From contig NC_092670.1 of NCBI RefSeq assembly GCF_964355755.1, forward strand, positions 9,662,201 to 9,726,200: a stretch of 64,000 bases of DNA, in the 5' to 3' direction. Source of the stretch: Antedon mediterranea (Eukaryota; Animalia; Echinodermata). The translations under genes and the position numbers were made by a program. Below the pieces are notes generated by a model. The model had not been told where the DNA came from. It saw only the letters and a list, made by a program, of their open reading frames with translations, and did not search any database. Below are positions 51,080 through 64,000 of this stretch, one piece after another. How positions within the stretch are numbered: the stretch's first letter is position 1; every line of letters begins with the position of its first letter.

Positions 51080-53296
51080 ATGGCGGACCAATCTCCCAAG
51101 AAACGCCCTGTGCGAGAAAGGGACATTCCCAGTGAAAGCGATGAGGATTCGTCCGACCATGGAGATATAAAATTAGACCCTCCATGGTCTGACCACTTAT
51201 TCTTTACTCCATGGTGGTCCGACTCAAACAGCGGCGACGACGACGACAACGGTCCTGCTCCCGATAGGTTATCGTCGGACGAGTCCGTCTACGAGGAGGG
51301 GGAATTAGAAGAAGAGGAATACGAGGCAGTTGAAGATATGGGTGGTATGGAGGTAACCCCAAATGGGTCAGGTTCTACTGGTGGTGGTGACAGGCCTTCC
51401 ACCAGTGGCCTGAACCCAGCCACAGTTGGTGGTCCCCTTGGGAGCAAGAGGGCCCGTATTGGTGGCATTGGGGACCGGGGGGAGGGTGTTGTAGGTAGAA
51501 GAGGCCATGTAATTGTAGGCAATGTAGGTAGAGGGAGAGTAGACCCAGGTCTAGGTGGGTGGGCTTTATTAGGACAGGGAGATGGGGATAGAGGGAGAGA
51601 AGCCTGTGCCCCGAGAAGACGTGGTGGGAGAGCGGCTCTTGAGCGCCAGAGACGTCAGGAGGAGCTCGATGGATGGCATCATATGGACGAGCCATCTGGC
51701 TTCCCTGTTCGACCTTTCGGGGGCCCCGTACCCGGGTATTCAGGGAGGTATGGAGCCATGTTGACACCAATTGATTTTTTTTCTCTTTTTTTCAACCAAA
51801 TTCTCTTGCAGATGATAGTGGACCAGACCAATCTTTACTTTACGCAGAGGAAGCCAGGAACCCAATTTGTGGAGCTGACAGCCAGGGAGCTTAAAGCCTT
51901 TTTTGGTATGGTGGTGATGATTTCCATCAAGGGACTGACGGTGCTTGAGCACATCTGGTCGACGCTTGCATTCTTCCATGATGCGTCCTTGGCCAACATC
52001 ATGCCTCGTGACCGGTTCTTCTGGATTCTAGGGAACATGCACTTCAATAACAACAAAGAAGCTCCAGAAGATCCAGCTCAAGACCGTCTATTCAAGATCC
52101 GCCCTGTGATTCACCACCTTACCACGCAATTTCAAGTACAGTATAATCTGCACGAGCATTTTGCTGGTGATGAAGCTATGGTAACATTTCAAGGACGGCA
52201 TAGGTAATTTTTTTCACTGTATAACATGTTGCCTCTTTTTGATTAATTATATTGGCAAAAAATAAAAATGTTATACTGTACTCACAATTTTGTTTTAACT
52301 TCTAGCGGGAAGCAGTATGATCCATCGAAGCCAATCAAGCGCGGATTTAAAATTTGGACACTCGCGGATTCCATCTCGGGTTATGTATACAACTTCGCTG
52401 TTTATATGGGACGATTTGGCAATCCAGACCACCGCGATCTTGGACGTAGAGCGATTCTCAACCTCATCACTCCGGACCTTCACAACCTCAACTACAGATT
52501 GTACTGCGACCGCTTTTTTACATCGATGCCACTTCTACGCGACTTACAAGAAATCGGGATATATTGCTGCGGAACTATTCAATGCAATCAACAAGGATAT
52601 TCACCATCACTCAAACAACTCAAAAAACATGAAAAAAACATGGAGCGTGGAGAATTTCATTTTGCGAAACACATCGACGGGATGTGCGGATACGCGTGGA
52701 AAGACAAAAAACTTGTCTATTTTCTCAGTAGCGCACATTCAGGAGATCTACCCCCAACTACCGTGACGCGTAATATAGATAATCGCGGAAATCGTGGCAA
52801 CATACCATGCCCACAAGCCATCGCAGACTACAACAAATACATGGGAGGGGTAGATCATGCGGATCAAATCAAGTCGTACTATGCAGTCAACAGGAAATCG
52901 CGTCGCTGGTATATGCGTCTCTTTTGGCATTCGTTCGACACTTCCATATCCAACGCCTTTATTCTACACAAGGAAACGCGACCTGCCGCTGAAAGACATA
53001 TATCCCAAATCCAATTTCGTTATAAGCTCGCGGAAGAATTAATCGGAGGCTACAGCTCGCGAAGGAGAATAGGACGTCCCCAAATAGCCCATCCTATACG
53101 CGTAGCCCCAAGTCACCAGCACACTCTCGTTGACCTGAGGCCAGAATTTCCTAGGAAGCGTCGCTGTAGTGTATGTCTTCAAAACAAAACAAGACATGAG
53201 ACCTTCTATGGTTGTGCACGTTGCAACAACACACCACTGTGCAACCATGTTGGTCGAAACTGTTTCGAAATCCACCACAGAAACATTGAAAACTGA
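51080..53296 (+). CDS. piggyBac transposase / PGBD4-like protein, 2 exons (51080-52203, 52306-53296), 704 aa
   Basis: GT-AG intron 52204-52305 joins FQGRH-S-GKQYDPSKPIKRGFKIW in frame; catalytic Asp motifs GDEAM, CDRFFTS and GGVDHADQ; C-terminal Cys-rich domain RRCSVC...CARC...LC...CFEIHH; no stops. Confidence 0.9.
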
Positions 53297-54088
53297 ACAT
53301 TTCCCTCATAGTTTTAGTTGGAAGCGTCTTCTTTTAGCGTTCAGAGGTCAGAGGGCTTGTGAGTTGATGGCTATTATTAAAATGGTGAAACAGTCCGGCT
53401 TCTGAGTTAGAAGAACTGCTCCAACTTCAATTGTGAGTACAACACACTACAGCTAACTTTTACAACGCCATGGGGCCATGTTGAAGCCTACTCGTTACGT
53501 CATGCTACACCTGATGGACCTGTATGGCTAGCTAATTCAAGATAAATGTGAAATGTCAAGTGTGAATACTGAACATTTTATATCAATTATTATGCATACT
53601 TCACACTTATAAACTGAACATTTTATAATCCAGTGTTATGCAAGTACTTTGTATAGAAGAATAATAAATTATACAAAAAGTAATTTGATGTTCTATGCGT
53701 TATTTTTGTCGTTTGCCTTTCGCTCTAAGTACTGTATTACGCAATTGCTCAAGAGCTATATTGTTTATGGCCTAGCCAGGCCTCTAGCCTAAACTGTAGT
53801 TAGGAAGGTAGCCAAAGCCATAGCTCTAGAATACATTTTCAGGCCACATTTTCATTCTTACAGAGATATGATTAAAAGCGGAAAGCTTTTTTTATATTAT
53901 CATTGAGTTTTTCATTTCAGTACGTCCAGCATGTCCCATGTGTCTATGATGTTGCGCCCTCTTCATAACGTCTCGACTAATCGTTGTTGTTTCGGTGTGG
54001 CGTGCAAAAAGGGACAAAAAAGAAACACCTCGCGCATTACCTCTGATTTACAAATTACAAATTAATACAAGATATAGTGTCCCTCTTG

Positions 54089-54298
54089 TTGAGCCGTAAA
54101 ATGTGCAAAAAGTCACATTTATGCAAACAACTACATATTTTGTGCAAATATTTTTTTAGAATTTCTGTTGTATTGATTGTTTTTTTACATTTAACGGCGT
54201 GATGTTTGCACATTAGTGAATTTATGAAGTGTTACAGATTTGCACATTGAGGTGCTACGTTTGCACAAATGTGACTTTTTGCACATTTCACGGCTCAA
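54089..54298. mobile_element. MITE with ~40-bp TIRs
   Basis: TTGAGCCGTAAAATGTGCAAAAAGTCACATTT ... AAATGTGACTTTTTGCACATTTCACGGCTCAA. Confidence 0.6.
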
Positions 54299-55589
54299 AA
54301 GTTCCCCTGCCGAAAATTTCTGAAACCGTTGGTTGAGCAATTTAATAAGGTCTTTAATCGGTTTACTAGCACATCAATACATTCCTACTGCGATACAGAA
54401 ACCGGATTTATTCATCATTTTTTATGTGAAACAATTACAAGATAACCGACATACCTGTACTAGAAAATTAAATTGAAATCATAAATACAGTATGTGTATT
54501 GTTTATAATATTATTTCACAGCGGTTATATTCTATCCAGGCCTATTATAGGAAATATATTATTCTGTGAATGGGAATTGTGAAAACGATTGGAACAACAA
54601 ATACGCCAGAAAATAATTAAATGTCTGCATTATTATTATCTTATTAAATGACTCGATTTAATAGGTTTATTACTCAACGTGATGATATTCAATACGGTAT
54701 TAAGCCTACAGATATCATTTTTTTATGTTTAAAAAATTAAAAATATAGAAACAATATTTAAACATGTTACAATTGATTTTTGTAAATCATTTTAGAGAAA
54801 CATTTTTGTAGAAATATTAAATATTATTGATAGCCACCATAAGGAATAAATTGGAAAATAATAATAATTAAAATTCCTCATAACGATCATTTTTAGTTAC
54901 AAGTTACAATGTTTAGTAATAATCAAACATTCAATTGTCAAATAATTTCGTAATGTTTTCATCAAAGAAAGAACAAGCTATCGGTATTATATGCCTAATA
55001 AAAATAATTTTAATACACGTATCTACAGACAAGGTATGACGTTTGTAGATATAAACCTAAGTATAGAGAGATATCGTGTAAAATTATTTAATACAGCGAG
55101 ACATGTATCTAGATGACTTGCATGTCAGTTAGACTCTATCCAGTGACAGCTGCAAAATCGGTTCCTTATGTCGTTCAGAAACAGATTCATAACTTGCCGA
55201 GGGTTTATATACGTACGTCTTTCTTGCTTACTGTAAAGCTGTGAAATAAAGAAACCCATATTTAACTAATATTTTCTTTTGTCAAGATGTAAGTTCAATG
55301 TCAGAACAGGTGACCATGCAAATTGCCATGGTTGAATGAGTTTCAACGATAAAAACTCGTGTGCAGTGTTTTCAATTTAGATTATTATATTATTTAACTT
55401 CAATCCAATTGCATTTACCTACATTCATTTGGATTTTGAGTGGCTTTGATTATTTTCTCTCGAAACTAGAACAAATATATTAATGGCAGGCCAAGTGTGC
55501 CAAAATTCCTTTTAACATTAGGCCGAATCGCCGCCTAGAACCTCATTAAATCATAAGAGGCATATTATGTTTTACCAAAAATACCTTAC

Positions 55590-55800
55590 CTGCATACACA
55601 AAGAGTAAGAATTTTATCTCCAGGAGAATATACACTAATGTATTGCCCTTTGATTGGTCTTATACATTCCATTTCAATAGGATTAGAAAGAACCATAGGC
55701 CTAATGCTTGAAATAGTACCGTCAGTACATAGTTCATTGTCATAAAAATGGTGACACTTTTGATCCGCCAACACGATCTTCAGCTCAACTAACCTAATAG
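55590..55800 (-). pseudogene. F-type lectin (fucolectin/F5-8C-like) exon, probably degenerate
   Basis: AG/GT-bounded; IRLVELKIVLAD...NELC...PIEMECIRPIKGQYISVYSPGDKILTLC resembles an FTP-domain C-terminus; the expected EVxV ending appears deleted or frameshifted. Confidence 0.45.
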
Positions 55801-56775
55801 CTAATTACAAAAAAGCACATAAAGGTTAATATAAATGAAAAGCACGACCATGTATTCACACATAACAAACTTTACAATTGTTTATTGGCAACGTTGCTAT
55901 TAGTCTAAAGATGTTTTAGGTTGCCTGTTTACAAAAAGGCTTCAACTATGTTCAAGAAACCGAAATAAATAGATGTTTCTCTAATTTCAAACGTTTCTTC
56001 TTTTTATCATAAAACATGTTTTACTAACCACAGCATATATTACAACCTTTGAAATTGTTTTTTTAGTGAACCGAAATTAGCATACCACCAAGGATTTTGT
56101 TCCATATAAGAAAATAAGAAAATAAGAAAATAAAAATGTGTATTGATGCACAGACATTCGACGCAACAAACATAACGCCAACATAACAAACTACGCGCTC
56201 AATAAATGAACAATAATAATTGTAATGACAATCATGTTAGTGGATGGTAGTGATAGTAGCAATATCTTCAAGACATTGGCAATAACAATGGATAGTAGTG
56301 AAAATGACAATGGATGGCAGCAACATTTAATTTGGTTTAGAGGAGTGTGGTTTTATTGAATTTCCGTTTTATCTTAGTTTTATCTGTTTTAATCTAGTCT
56401 ACCTTTATTTTTATACTCATATATTTTTATATTGCATGTTTAATTGTTTTTAGGATGCACCATAGTGGCAATTTTAATGGCAATAGCTGACTATGGAATG
56501 ATAATGGCAGTGACAATGATAATGGCAATGTCGATAGCAATGGCAATTGGTAATGACAATGGCAATGGATGGCTATGGATATTATTTAATCTTTAATTCA
56601 ATTATTAGTTTAAAACATAATTTATCTGATTCATACTTGCCTTACTTTACCCAAATTTCAGGTCGATCGGAGCAATTTTGAAATTGTGTTTTAGGTTGGA
56701 ATTAAGCTCTAATAAGAAAGTAATTGGACTAGTGTTTATGAAGCAGAGCAGAATAGATAGCCAACTTAGGCCTAG

Positions 56776-56895
56776 TTTTTATTCGCGTGCGAACGCGACT
56801 CTACAGCTCACTATGTCAGTCGGTCGGTCGGTCGGTTGGTTGGTCGGTCGGTAAACATTAACTTAAATTTGAGCACGCGACTGCAGCCATGTATA
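56776..56895. mobile_element. Short Helentron/DINE-like remnant
   Basis: TCGCGT..ACGCGA hairpin, CACTATGTC and (GGTC)n; inverted relative of the 44731-45516 end. Confidence 0.45.
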
Positions 56896-58421
56896 TGGAT
56901 ACTTCCCGATAAACAACTTTCCCTTTAATGTTGTGCTTAGGCTTTATTTTAAGTTGTTATTATTTTGATCTTTGTAATTACTGAACCACTTTGGAAATAA
57001 TGTATTGAAAGTGTATGGGTTGAACGAAATAATAAATTATAAAAGACCATTATTAAGAACAGAATCAAACGCATTAACGCATTGTGTCTCATATGAAGTG
57101 TATTTTTCGGTAGGTCTAGCTCCTGTGGTGTGACAAGGATGGTTTTACAAAATAAAAAGAGGATGCAATCATTTCCTGTTTTTGTATATCATTTATTAGT
57201 ACACTAAATAATCATACACACAAATTACACACAGTTACCTTTATGCCTATTTATATAAAGTTTTAGTGTGCACACACTATTCCACGCACACGTTTATAGT
57301 AAAATAGTATTTAAGCCTATTTAATTATTTTTGTGTTACCTATAATGGTCAATACACAATTAATTTATATCATTAATGTAAATAATTAATCACGTACATT
57401 CTTCTAATCTTCTCGAATTGGTTATCGGGGCTCTAGTAGTAAATATTTACTTGTGGTTCGGATGGATTACTTATATTACGATGTTATAAACGACAAAATG
57501 CTCTGAAATTAGTGCTTTCAGACCCTTCTTTTTGCTTTTTGTACGTGTGGACTACAAAACCCTAATCCAGTTCCTGGTGCCATTACTTACTGATCAATAG
57601 TGTGTTTCAATTATTGCATGCTTAACATTAAATGTTTATCGTTTTAATATAAGCATATAATATGCTTTAAGATTATTTAAATTGTTTTGGAAATTACAGT
57701 AATAATCATTTATCTAACTAAACTGCAAATACATATTTATATTAAAGGCCTATCCTACTGTAATATACAAACTATTTTACTATTGTATTTATACGTTGGT
57801 CTATTATACTAGTGCATGTGCCATGTACATGTAATTCTTAGTCCATTTAACCTAATACCCAATATAAACAAGAAATATTTCTTACAAAAAACGCCGCGTA
57901 ACTTTTTGACTGGACAGTTGTAAGAACAGTCTTCATTAATCTAATATAATAGGTCGGCCAATCAAAACGCAAGTGAACAATTGGGACTTTACTAATTGTG
58001 ATTTATGTCATTGGCCTGTCAGAGCACAGTCGTTTCTTTCTAGAATTAAACGCACAAACTTGTATTGGGAATAATGTATGTGGTTAGTATTACTATCGCA
58101 TTTAGGTATTGATAATAATAATAATATGGCTTTTGAATATATAATTACTGTCTGTAGAATAACATTTATACATTTTCGGTTCGCGATGAAAAGTTATATG
58201 AATGGATTTGTAATAGGTATTTATAATAATAGTATATGGGTTGTATTATTGCTAAGCTATCACCAAATCGCGTTATAACATTATTTGTCAGGGTTTTTTG
58301 CACCATTGATCAATACCAAACGCGTATCGGTATTATAGTTTTTAATGAATCATTACATTAATAAAAATACCCAATTAAATCAATCGCGTCAGTCCAATTC
58401 CGACTTATGTTTCGATCACAT

Positions 58422-58576
58422 AGTTCTGTGTCTACACTGTCCCAACTAGTTTAACAAAAAAAGTGTGATGTGCCCAAATATGGTAGTGATATGCCCGAAT
58501 ATCGTAGTGATATGACATCGTCATGTCTATATAATATGGGCACATCATATTTAGTTTGATAGTATAGACAGAGCTT
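58422..58576. mobile_element. MITE (TIR approx. AGCTCTGTCTACACT)
   Basis: TGTCTACACT...TGTGATGTGCCCA ... TGGGCACATCA...AGTATAGACAGAGCT; split copy around the LINE at 36122-37505. Confidence 0.55.
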
Positions 58577-58604
58577 AAGGATTATATTTAAAAAATGTTT
58601 TCTT

Positions 58605-58885
58605 ACATTTTGAACGGAAGTATTTATTTGTTTATAAGCCCAATTTTCCAGTCTTAATTTTACATTTTGAAAAAAAGTATTTATTTGTTTATAAGCCCAA
58701 TTTTCCAGTCTTAATTTTACATTTTGAAAAAAAAAGTATTTTATTTGTTGATAAGCCCAATTGTGCAGTCTTATTTTACATTTTGAACGAAAGTATTTAT
58801 TTGTTGATAAGCCCAATTTTGCATTCTTATTTTACATTCTAAATGAAAGTATTTATTTGTTGATAAGCCGAATTTTCCAGTTTAA
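58605..58885. repeat. ~57-60-bp tandem repeat (further units ~59430-59525 and ~59708-59755)
   Basis: TACATTTTGAACGAAAGTATTTATTTGTTGATAAGCCCAATTTT units. Confidence 0.8.
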
Positions 58886-60050
58886 TAATAATGACCCCTT
58901 CCACAGTGCTTATACCATATACATTTTACATGATATTGACCGTGGGTTCTTTACGCCTCTGATGCATTTGTTTTTATTGTACCTTTTTAATAAATTATTA
59001 TATGTTTAGGCCTAATCACACCCAATTTAATGAAACGGTCAGATTCCGATTTCAATTAAACGAAAGTAGTACTGTATTTATTATTCATTGATAAGCCAAG
59101 GGTCCCATGGCGTTAGCCGATATCTTGAGCATTTGACTCTTGTGTGAACCTGTAACACAAATCATTCTTCAAAATCTAAAGAAAGAACCTCACACGTCTT
59201 TTTTGTGAGTGATACACTATGGATATGCCCACGGAAATAATATGTGGACATTGCAAACAATCATAGGCCTACAGTAACAAACATAGAATGGCTAATAAGC
59301 ATAACATTCAGACTTGCTTGTTTTCTAGTGGATTTTTATTTACTTTAGCATGTAGAATAAAACTAGTAACAGTGGCTATATTAATAATTATACTGATTAT
59401 CCTTGATGTTATCGCGTCTAATAATAAAATATTTTGTTGTTGATAAGCCCAATTTTTCAGCCTTGATTTTACATTTTGAACGAAAGTATTTATTTGTTGA
59501 TAAGCCCAATTTTGCAGTCTTAATAATGACCCTTCCACAGTGCATTTTACATGATATTGACCGAGGGTTTTTACGCCTCTATAGCCACTGATCAATACCA
59601 TAATTAATGTACTTTTTTAAATGAATATTGAAATGTTTCAACATACCCAATTCAAAAAAACGGTCCGTTTTCGAGTTCAATCTTTTGATTAGAGAGGTTG
59701 GAGTTTCATTTTGAACGAAAGTATTTATTTGATTGATAAGCCAAATTTCTAGTCCTAATGATTTGAGATTCAACGGGTTTTGCTTTCAATTGTATAATAA
59801 TATAATTATATATATATATATATATAAATATAATATTAAGTATAATTATGAATTCACCAACACTTTCAGGCCCGGGCCCGAGTTTGTGTAGACCAGACTT
59901 CCATGCACAGCCACATGTTAAGGAATATGAATCTCTTTATGATTTTAATATGGTTCGAAATGATATTACACAACAACGATTAGACAGCAACTGTGCAAGA
60001 GTCCAACTAATAAAATCGGAATGATCAATTAATTGAACATTTACAGCATA

Positions 60051-60412
60051 AGGCCCATACACTAGGACAATAACGATCGACGATAAATAGACAAATGTGC
60101 ATTTTTAATACATAAACCAAAAGAAATATAAACAATTCCTTTGATGAAAATTATATTTTCACACGTCCAATCAAATGACGTCATGATTAGTAAGACCAAT
60201 AATATCGTGACAATACAGCGATTTTATTGTTTTTATTTATCATGACGTCATTTGATTGGAATTTGAAAAACATTATTTTTATCAAAGACAGCATAAATGA
60301 TTATCCTATAGGTCTAGAACGAAAACCTTTCTAATTTCTTTTGGTTTATGTAAAAGAAATGCATGCTTATATATTTATCGTCCGTCGTTATCGTCATAGT
60401 GTAATTGGGCCT
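60051..60412. mobile_element. Palindromic MITE (Harbinger-like)
   Basis: AGGCCCA..ACACTA.GAC.ATAACGA ... TCGTTATCGTCATAGTGTAATTGGGCCT with long internal inverted arms; TAA/TTA flanks. Confidence 0.6.
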
Positions 60413-61719
60413 TTATACAAAAAGAAAATAAATTGATTACGAAGTTACATGCCATTTTCACCTATCACCAAAAAACTAACCTTTTCAACATTAATTAATT
60501 GTTACGAAGCCAATTTATATTATATATTTCATTAAAACTGAACTTTACGGTAAATGAAGAGTAAGTATCAGTTAATATGAATAATATAACTAGTAGGTCT
60601 ATGAACTTGCGTCCAGACACAGAACTGTAACATTACTATCATAAATGTTGAAACCACTTATAAAACCTTTTTTTAAAGAAAATATAATTATGCTAGGAGA
60701 AGGCTAATAAACAAATAGATAATGTACAAACCTTTTTCTGGATTAATTAATGGAGCAGGCGTTCCTAATAATCTGCTGCTGCTACCTAGACTGATTGTTC
60801 ACCTTCTGACGATAATTGATTGGACCTACCCCCCCCCCCCCACCCACGGCATCTGATAACCAAAAAAAAAATTTACCAGGACTGTTTCAATGATTTAATA
60901 TCTGACGGCGTATTATTATAACATTGGCCTAGATTGACAGTCATAAAAAAGAAAGTCATTGTAAATACTTCCCTTTATGTTAACAGAGCCAAAATAAAGT
61001 TTTGACCATTATCGAATGATTATTTGACAGTGACTTATTATAATACCGGCCTGGTTGACAGCAAAAACGAAGTTATTATTTATTGAACAAGATTTTACAG
61101 ATTTCCGCCTACATCTCAATAATACTGTATTATCAGCAAAGGCTTTCATATAGACTCTCTTCTCCCAGACGTTTTTTGGGTCCAGCAGCTACCTATAAAT
61201 TATAGTCGAGTTTCCAAATTCACAAAACTGTCAGCCTTAGATACTAAAGCTACCGCTATGAAACAGCTTATTAATGAATGTGTCCTCCTGGGACATAGCT
61301 GGCTAGAGCCGCGGCGCGATAAATAAGAACTAACTACTGCTCTAAACAACATGTGCTATGCTACGAATTGCTTTAAAAACTACGTTCACAATGAGCCCGG
61401 ATGCGTTCTTAGATTAGCAGATGTTATGTTTTTAAAATAGTCGCAAAGGAAAAAGAGGTTAGTTGGCTGAGTAACATGAAATCGAGCCTTTATGTTGCAT
61501 GCATTTCAACATTTCTAAACGTAGAGGGTGCACTTGTCTTACAATATAAGTCACACACAATGTAACCAACTAGTTGCAAGTAAAGTTTCGACAAGGATTT
61601 CCGTTTCATAATCACTATATTATAATATTATGAAAAATTCCTGTACCCTGAAGCTACTCTTTTTTTAAAATGTCCTTAAAATGCTGATTGAATAACCTGC
61701 AAAAACCATTAGTTCCCAC

Positions 61720-63722
61720 TTACATGACCAATGTTTTAACCCTTTGAAACACAGTTGATCCTGTTTCCACAATGAATGATCCCTCTTGAACGTGTGTTAC
61801 ATACAGAATGCATCGTTTATTCAACTCACTAAAGCTAAACATTTCACATATTTTATTCACCATACAAATCCGGGCACAGTATATCAATGACAGAGTCGTT
61901 CTACTTTGAAGATGTGCACCAAAAATGCGTTCCGTAGGTTTCAATTTCTCGAAAATGTGGTTACCTAAAAATTAAATTGTGACCAAATCAATGTTTCTTT
62001 TGTAACTACTGTTATATTTTAACATTCAATTTTTCTAAGCTAGGCCTATCTAGCTCAGACAATAATAATCGATTTATGAATGCTGTAAGTTAATTAAATT
62101 CAATTAAAAATACGATTTTTTTGTGAATTGACCAATCACACACGACAGTTTCGGACGATCTATCGCGTCGTGATTGGCAAAACTGCTTCCACTGTGTGCT
62201 TACGTCATTTGTGTTGCGTCCTAGTGAGAACCAAGGAAGTTTAAGTTATGGACGTTTAGCATTATTTTAAGGAGAGGAGAGGAGAGGGTTTATCGGCCTA
62301 TAATAGGCCTGCTTACCTTTAATATTCATTCGGCCGAATGGTCGATCTCTAGCGGCTTTCATTTCCGACTCATCCAGTACCCGATCATACATCTGAAGCC
62401 AAACTACTCTGGCTTGTACTCCGGTGCTGTTATCTCCAACCTGTATAGAAAACGATCCATCTAAGTTTAGGTCAGTAAATTCTATATAACCGATACTTGC
62501 GATCTCTCCATTCCTCCAAAGTTTAACGTTCTTGTGAATCCCATCAACTGTCAAAGCAAGAAATGTCCAGACGTCGGGTTGTAGGACATGAGCTCTTGTC
62601 AACGTCAGATCTCCATAGAACACAGTTACTTCAGATTGGTACAAAATACCGTTAGAATGCGTTTGTTCAATTCTAAGACTTGTTTGATATTTGCCACCGA
62701 TGTTAAGAATGTTTCCAATAGAGTTGTCAGTAGGGTTAATATAGAAGGCGATTGTCAGTGTCAGATTTTGTAACAGACCGTAGGGAATATTCGATAATAT
62801 TACTGGCATGTCTGCTAGAGCTGCTGGCCCACAATAAGCGTCGTCAATATCGTATAACTGATAAAGCAAGCAGAGGTAGTCTAACATCCATTCCTTCGCA
62901 GGATTGAGATCATGGATGTCGAAATTCCCTGTTAAAATTATTTGAACAAAATGTCATGATAGGTTAGATTTTGTTTATTTTCTTCAGATTACTATTCCAA
63001 CTTAAAGACCCATTGGTTGTCATTGGTAATCTTTTTTACAATACTGTATCGTTAATTAAGTTTTGATTAAAGATGTATTGTCCCCTTGGAATAATTGTTT
63101 TTTTTCATAAAATATGCCATTTTAATGTCACATAATAGTTATCCGTTTTGATCAAAAATTGGATCTAAACCGAATAAATTTACCTGAAAAAAATGGAATT
63201 TAAAGCAAAAACCGTCAAAATTGCCTGCCAGCCAATGGATATTTGGTTGAATTTAACCAATTATTATGTTATTTTATAAGTGAAAACATTTTTGTTGTCG
63301 TTTTTTTTTTCTACGGAAGTGATTAACTTGATTAAAACTACAAAATAACCTATTCAAGGTCCGATTTAGTTAATAATATTAATTTTTCATGTTTTAGGGG
63401 GACAATACATCTTTAAGTTTTAATTAAGTTTAATATACTGTAAATGACCTACCTAAAGGACAAGACGTATTGGCAGGCGGTATATCGCACTCTTCCCATC
63501 TGGTTGCAGGATCTAATGTGTAACACCACGTTTCGTCATGATGACTCGCCGGATTTCTACACATATTGTGCCCTCCAAGTCCCTCGTCAGTTTCGATAGC
63601 AGTATACGTCGCGTATGGCACATGTGGTGACATTGCTGACCATTCTTGACAAACGATACCACTTCTTGTGATTGATACCAAACCACGATAATCTACTCCA
63701 TTACTCGTGCGACTGCATTCAA
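61720..63722 (-). CDS. 3' part of an extracellular multidomain protein: kringle, LamG/pentraxin-like and PAN/Apple domains (5' end beyond window)
   Basis: Phase-1 exons 63722-63453 (EC..SNGVDYRG...T.SG..CQ.W...HNMCRNP....WCYT.DP..RWEECDIP: kringle), 62928-62317 (LTIAFYINP...WTFLALTVDG....LWRNG...LQMYDRVL: LamG-like) and 61964-61720 (SLIYCARIC....CEMFSF.....CILY: PAN). Confidence 0.8.
63071..63412. mobile_element. Kolobok-like MITE in kringle-gene intron
   Basis: TTAA|AGATGTATTGTCCCC ... GGGGACAATACATCT|TTAA. Confidence 0.8.
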
Positions 63723-64000
63723 CTACAATCAATAATAGGTTATCCATGGAGGCAAAAAAATAAATTTTACCTCCATGGTTTATCAGTGGCAGATTCTGAG
63801 GATTTTTTTTAATGGAGGAGCGCTAATTTCATTTCATTTCATTATTTATTTGGTCTATTTAAGTATATACAAAACAAACAAAAAAATGAAATTGGGGAGA
63901 CCAGGGTCAACCTAAGTGAACTTAATCACTGCTGACATAACATAACTAGTCTATCAAAAATAAATAAATTAGTTGATAATTTCATTTTAGCAGGAGCGCG

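Noticed and set aside
51067-53278. Short antisense and alternate-frame ORFs over the piggyBac gene (and likewise over ORF-X copies)
   Set aside because: Shadow ORFs of GC-richer coding sequence.

Overview
AT-rich eukaryotic (animal, probably marine-invertebrate) genomic DNA with spliced genes and dense transposon content. (1) About 3.9-32.8 kb is a patchwork of short, repeatedly duplicated fragments of unrelated mobile elements: Gypsy-like gag with leader/LTR end, two related tyrosine recombinases, an RPA-like OB-fold, THAP, hAT and Sola2-like transposases, an ankyrin repeat, an unknown ~300-aa ORF and an acidic coiled-coil ORF. Every fragment I could translate lies on the + strand, several are joined at microhomologies, and the block sits immediately downstream of a minus-strand gene. 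It is a candidate uni-strand (flamenco-like) piRNA cluster holding the remains of an apparently undescribed tyrosine-recombinase element or virus. (2) A complete 7-exon METTL5 gene (minus strand, 34247-48793, GC-AG first coding intron) has introns carrying Kolobok-like, LINE, tRNA-SINE, Helentron-like, nested MULE>hAT>Helentron, foldback and 5S-derived inserts. (3) An intact, intron-containing piggyBac (PGBD-like) transposase gene (51080-53296) with no recognisable TIRs lies head-to-head with METTL5. (4) The 3' part of a minus-strand kringle-LamG-PAN gene and an F-type-lectin-like exon remnant close the window. All calls are from reading the sequence by eye; no searches were run.
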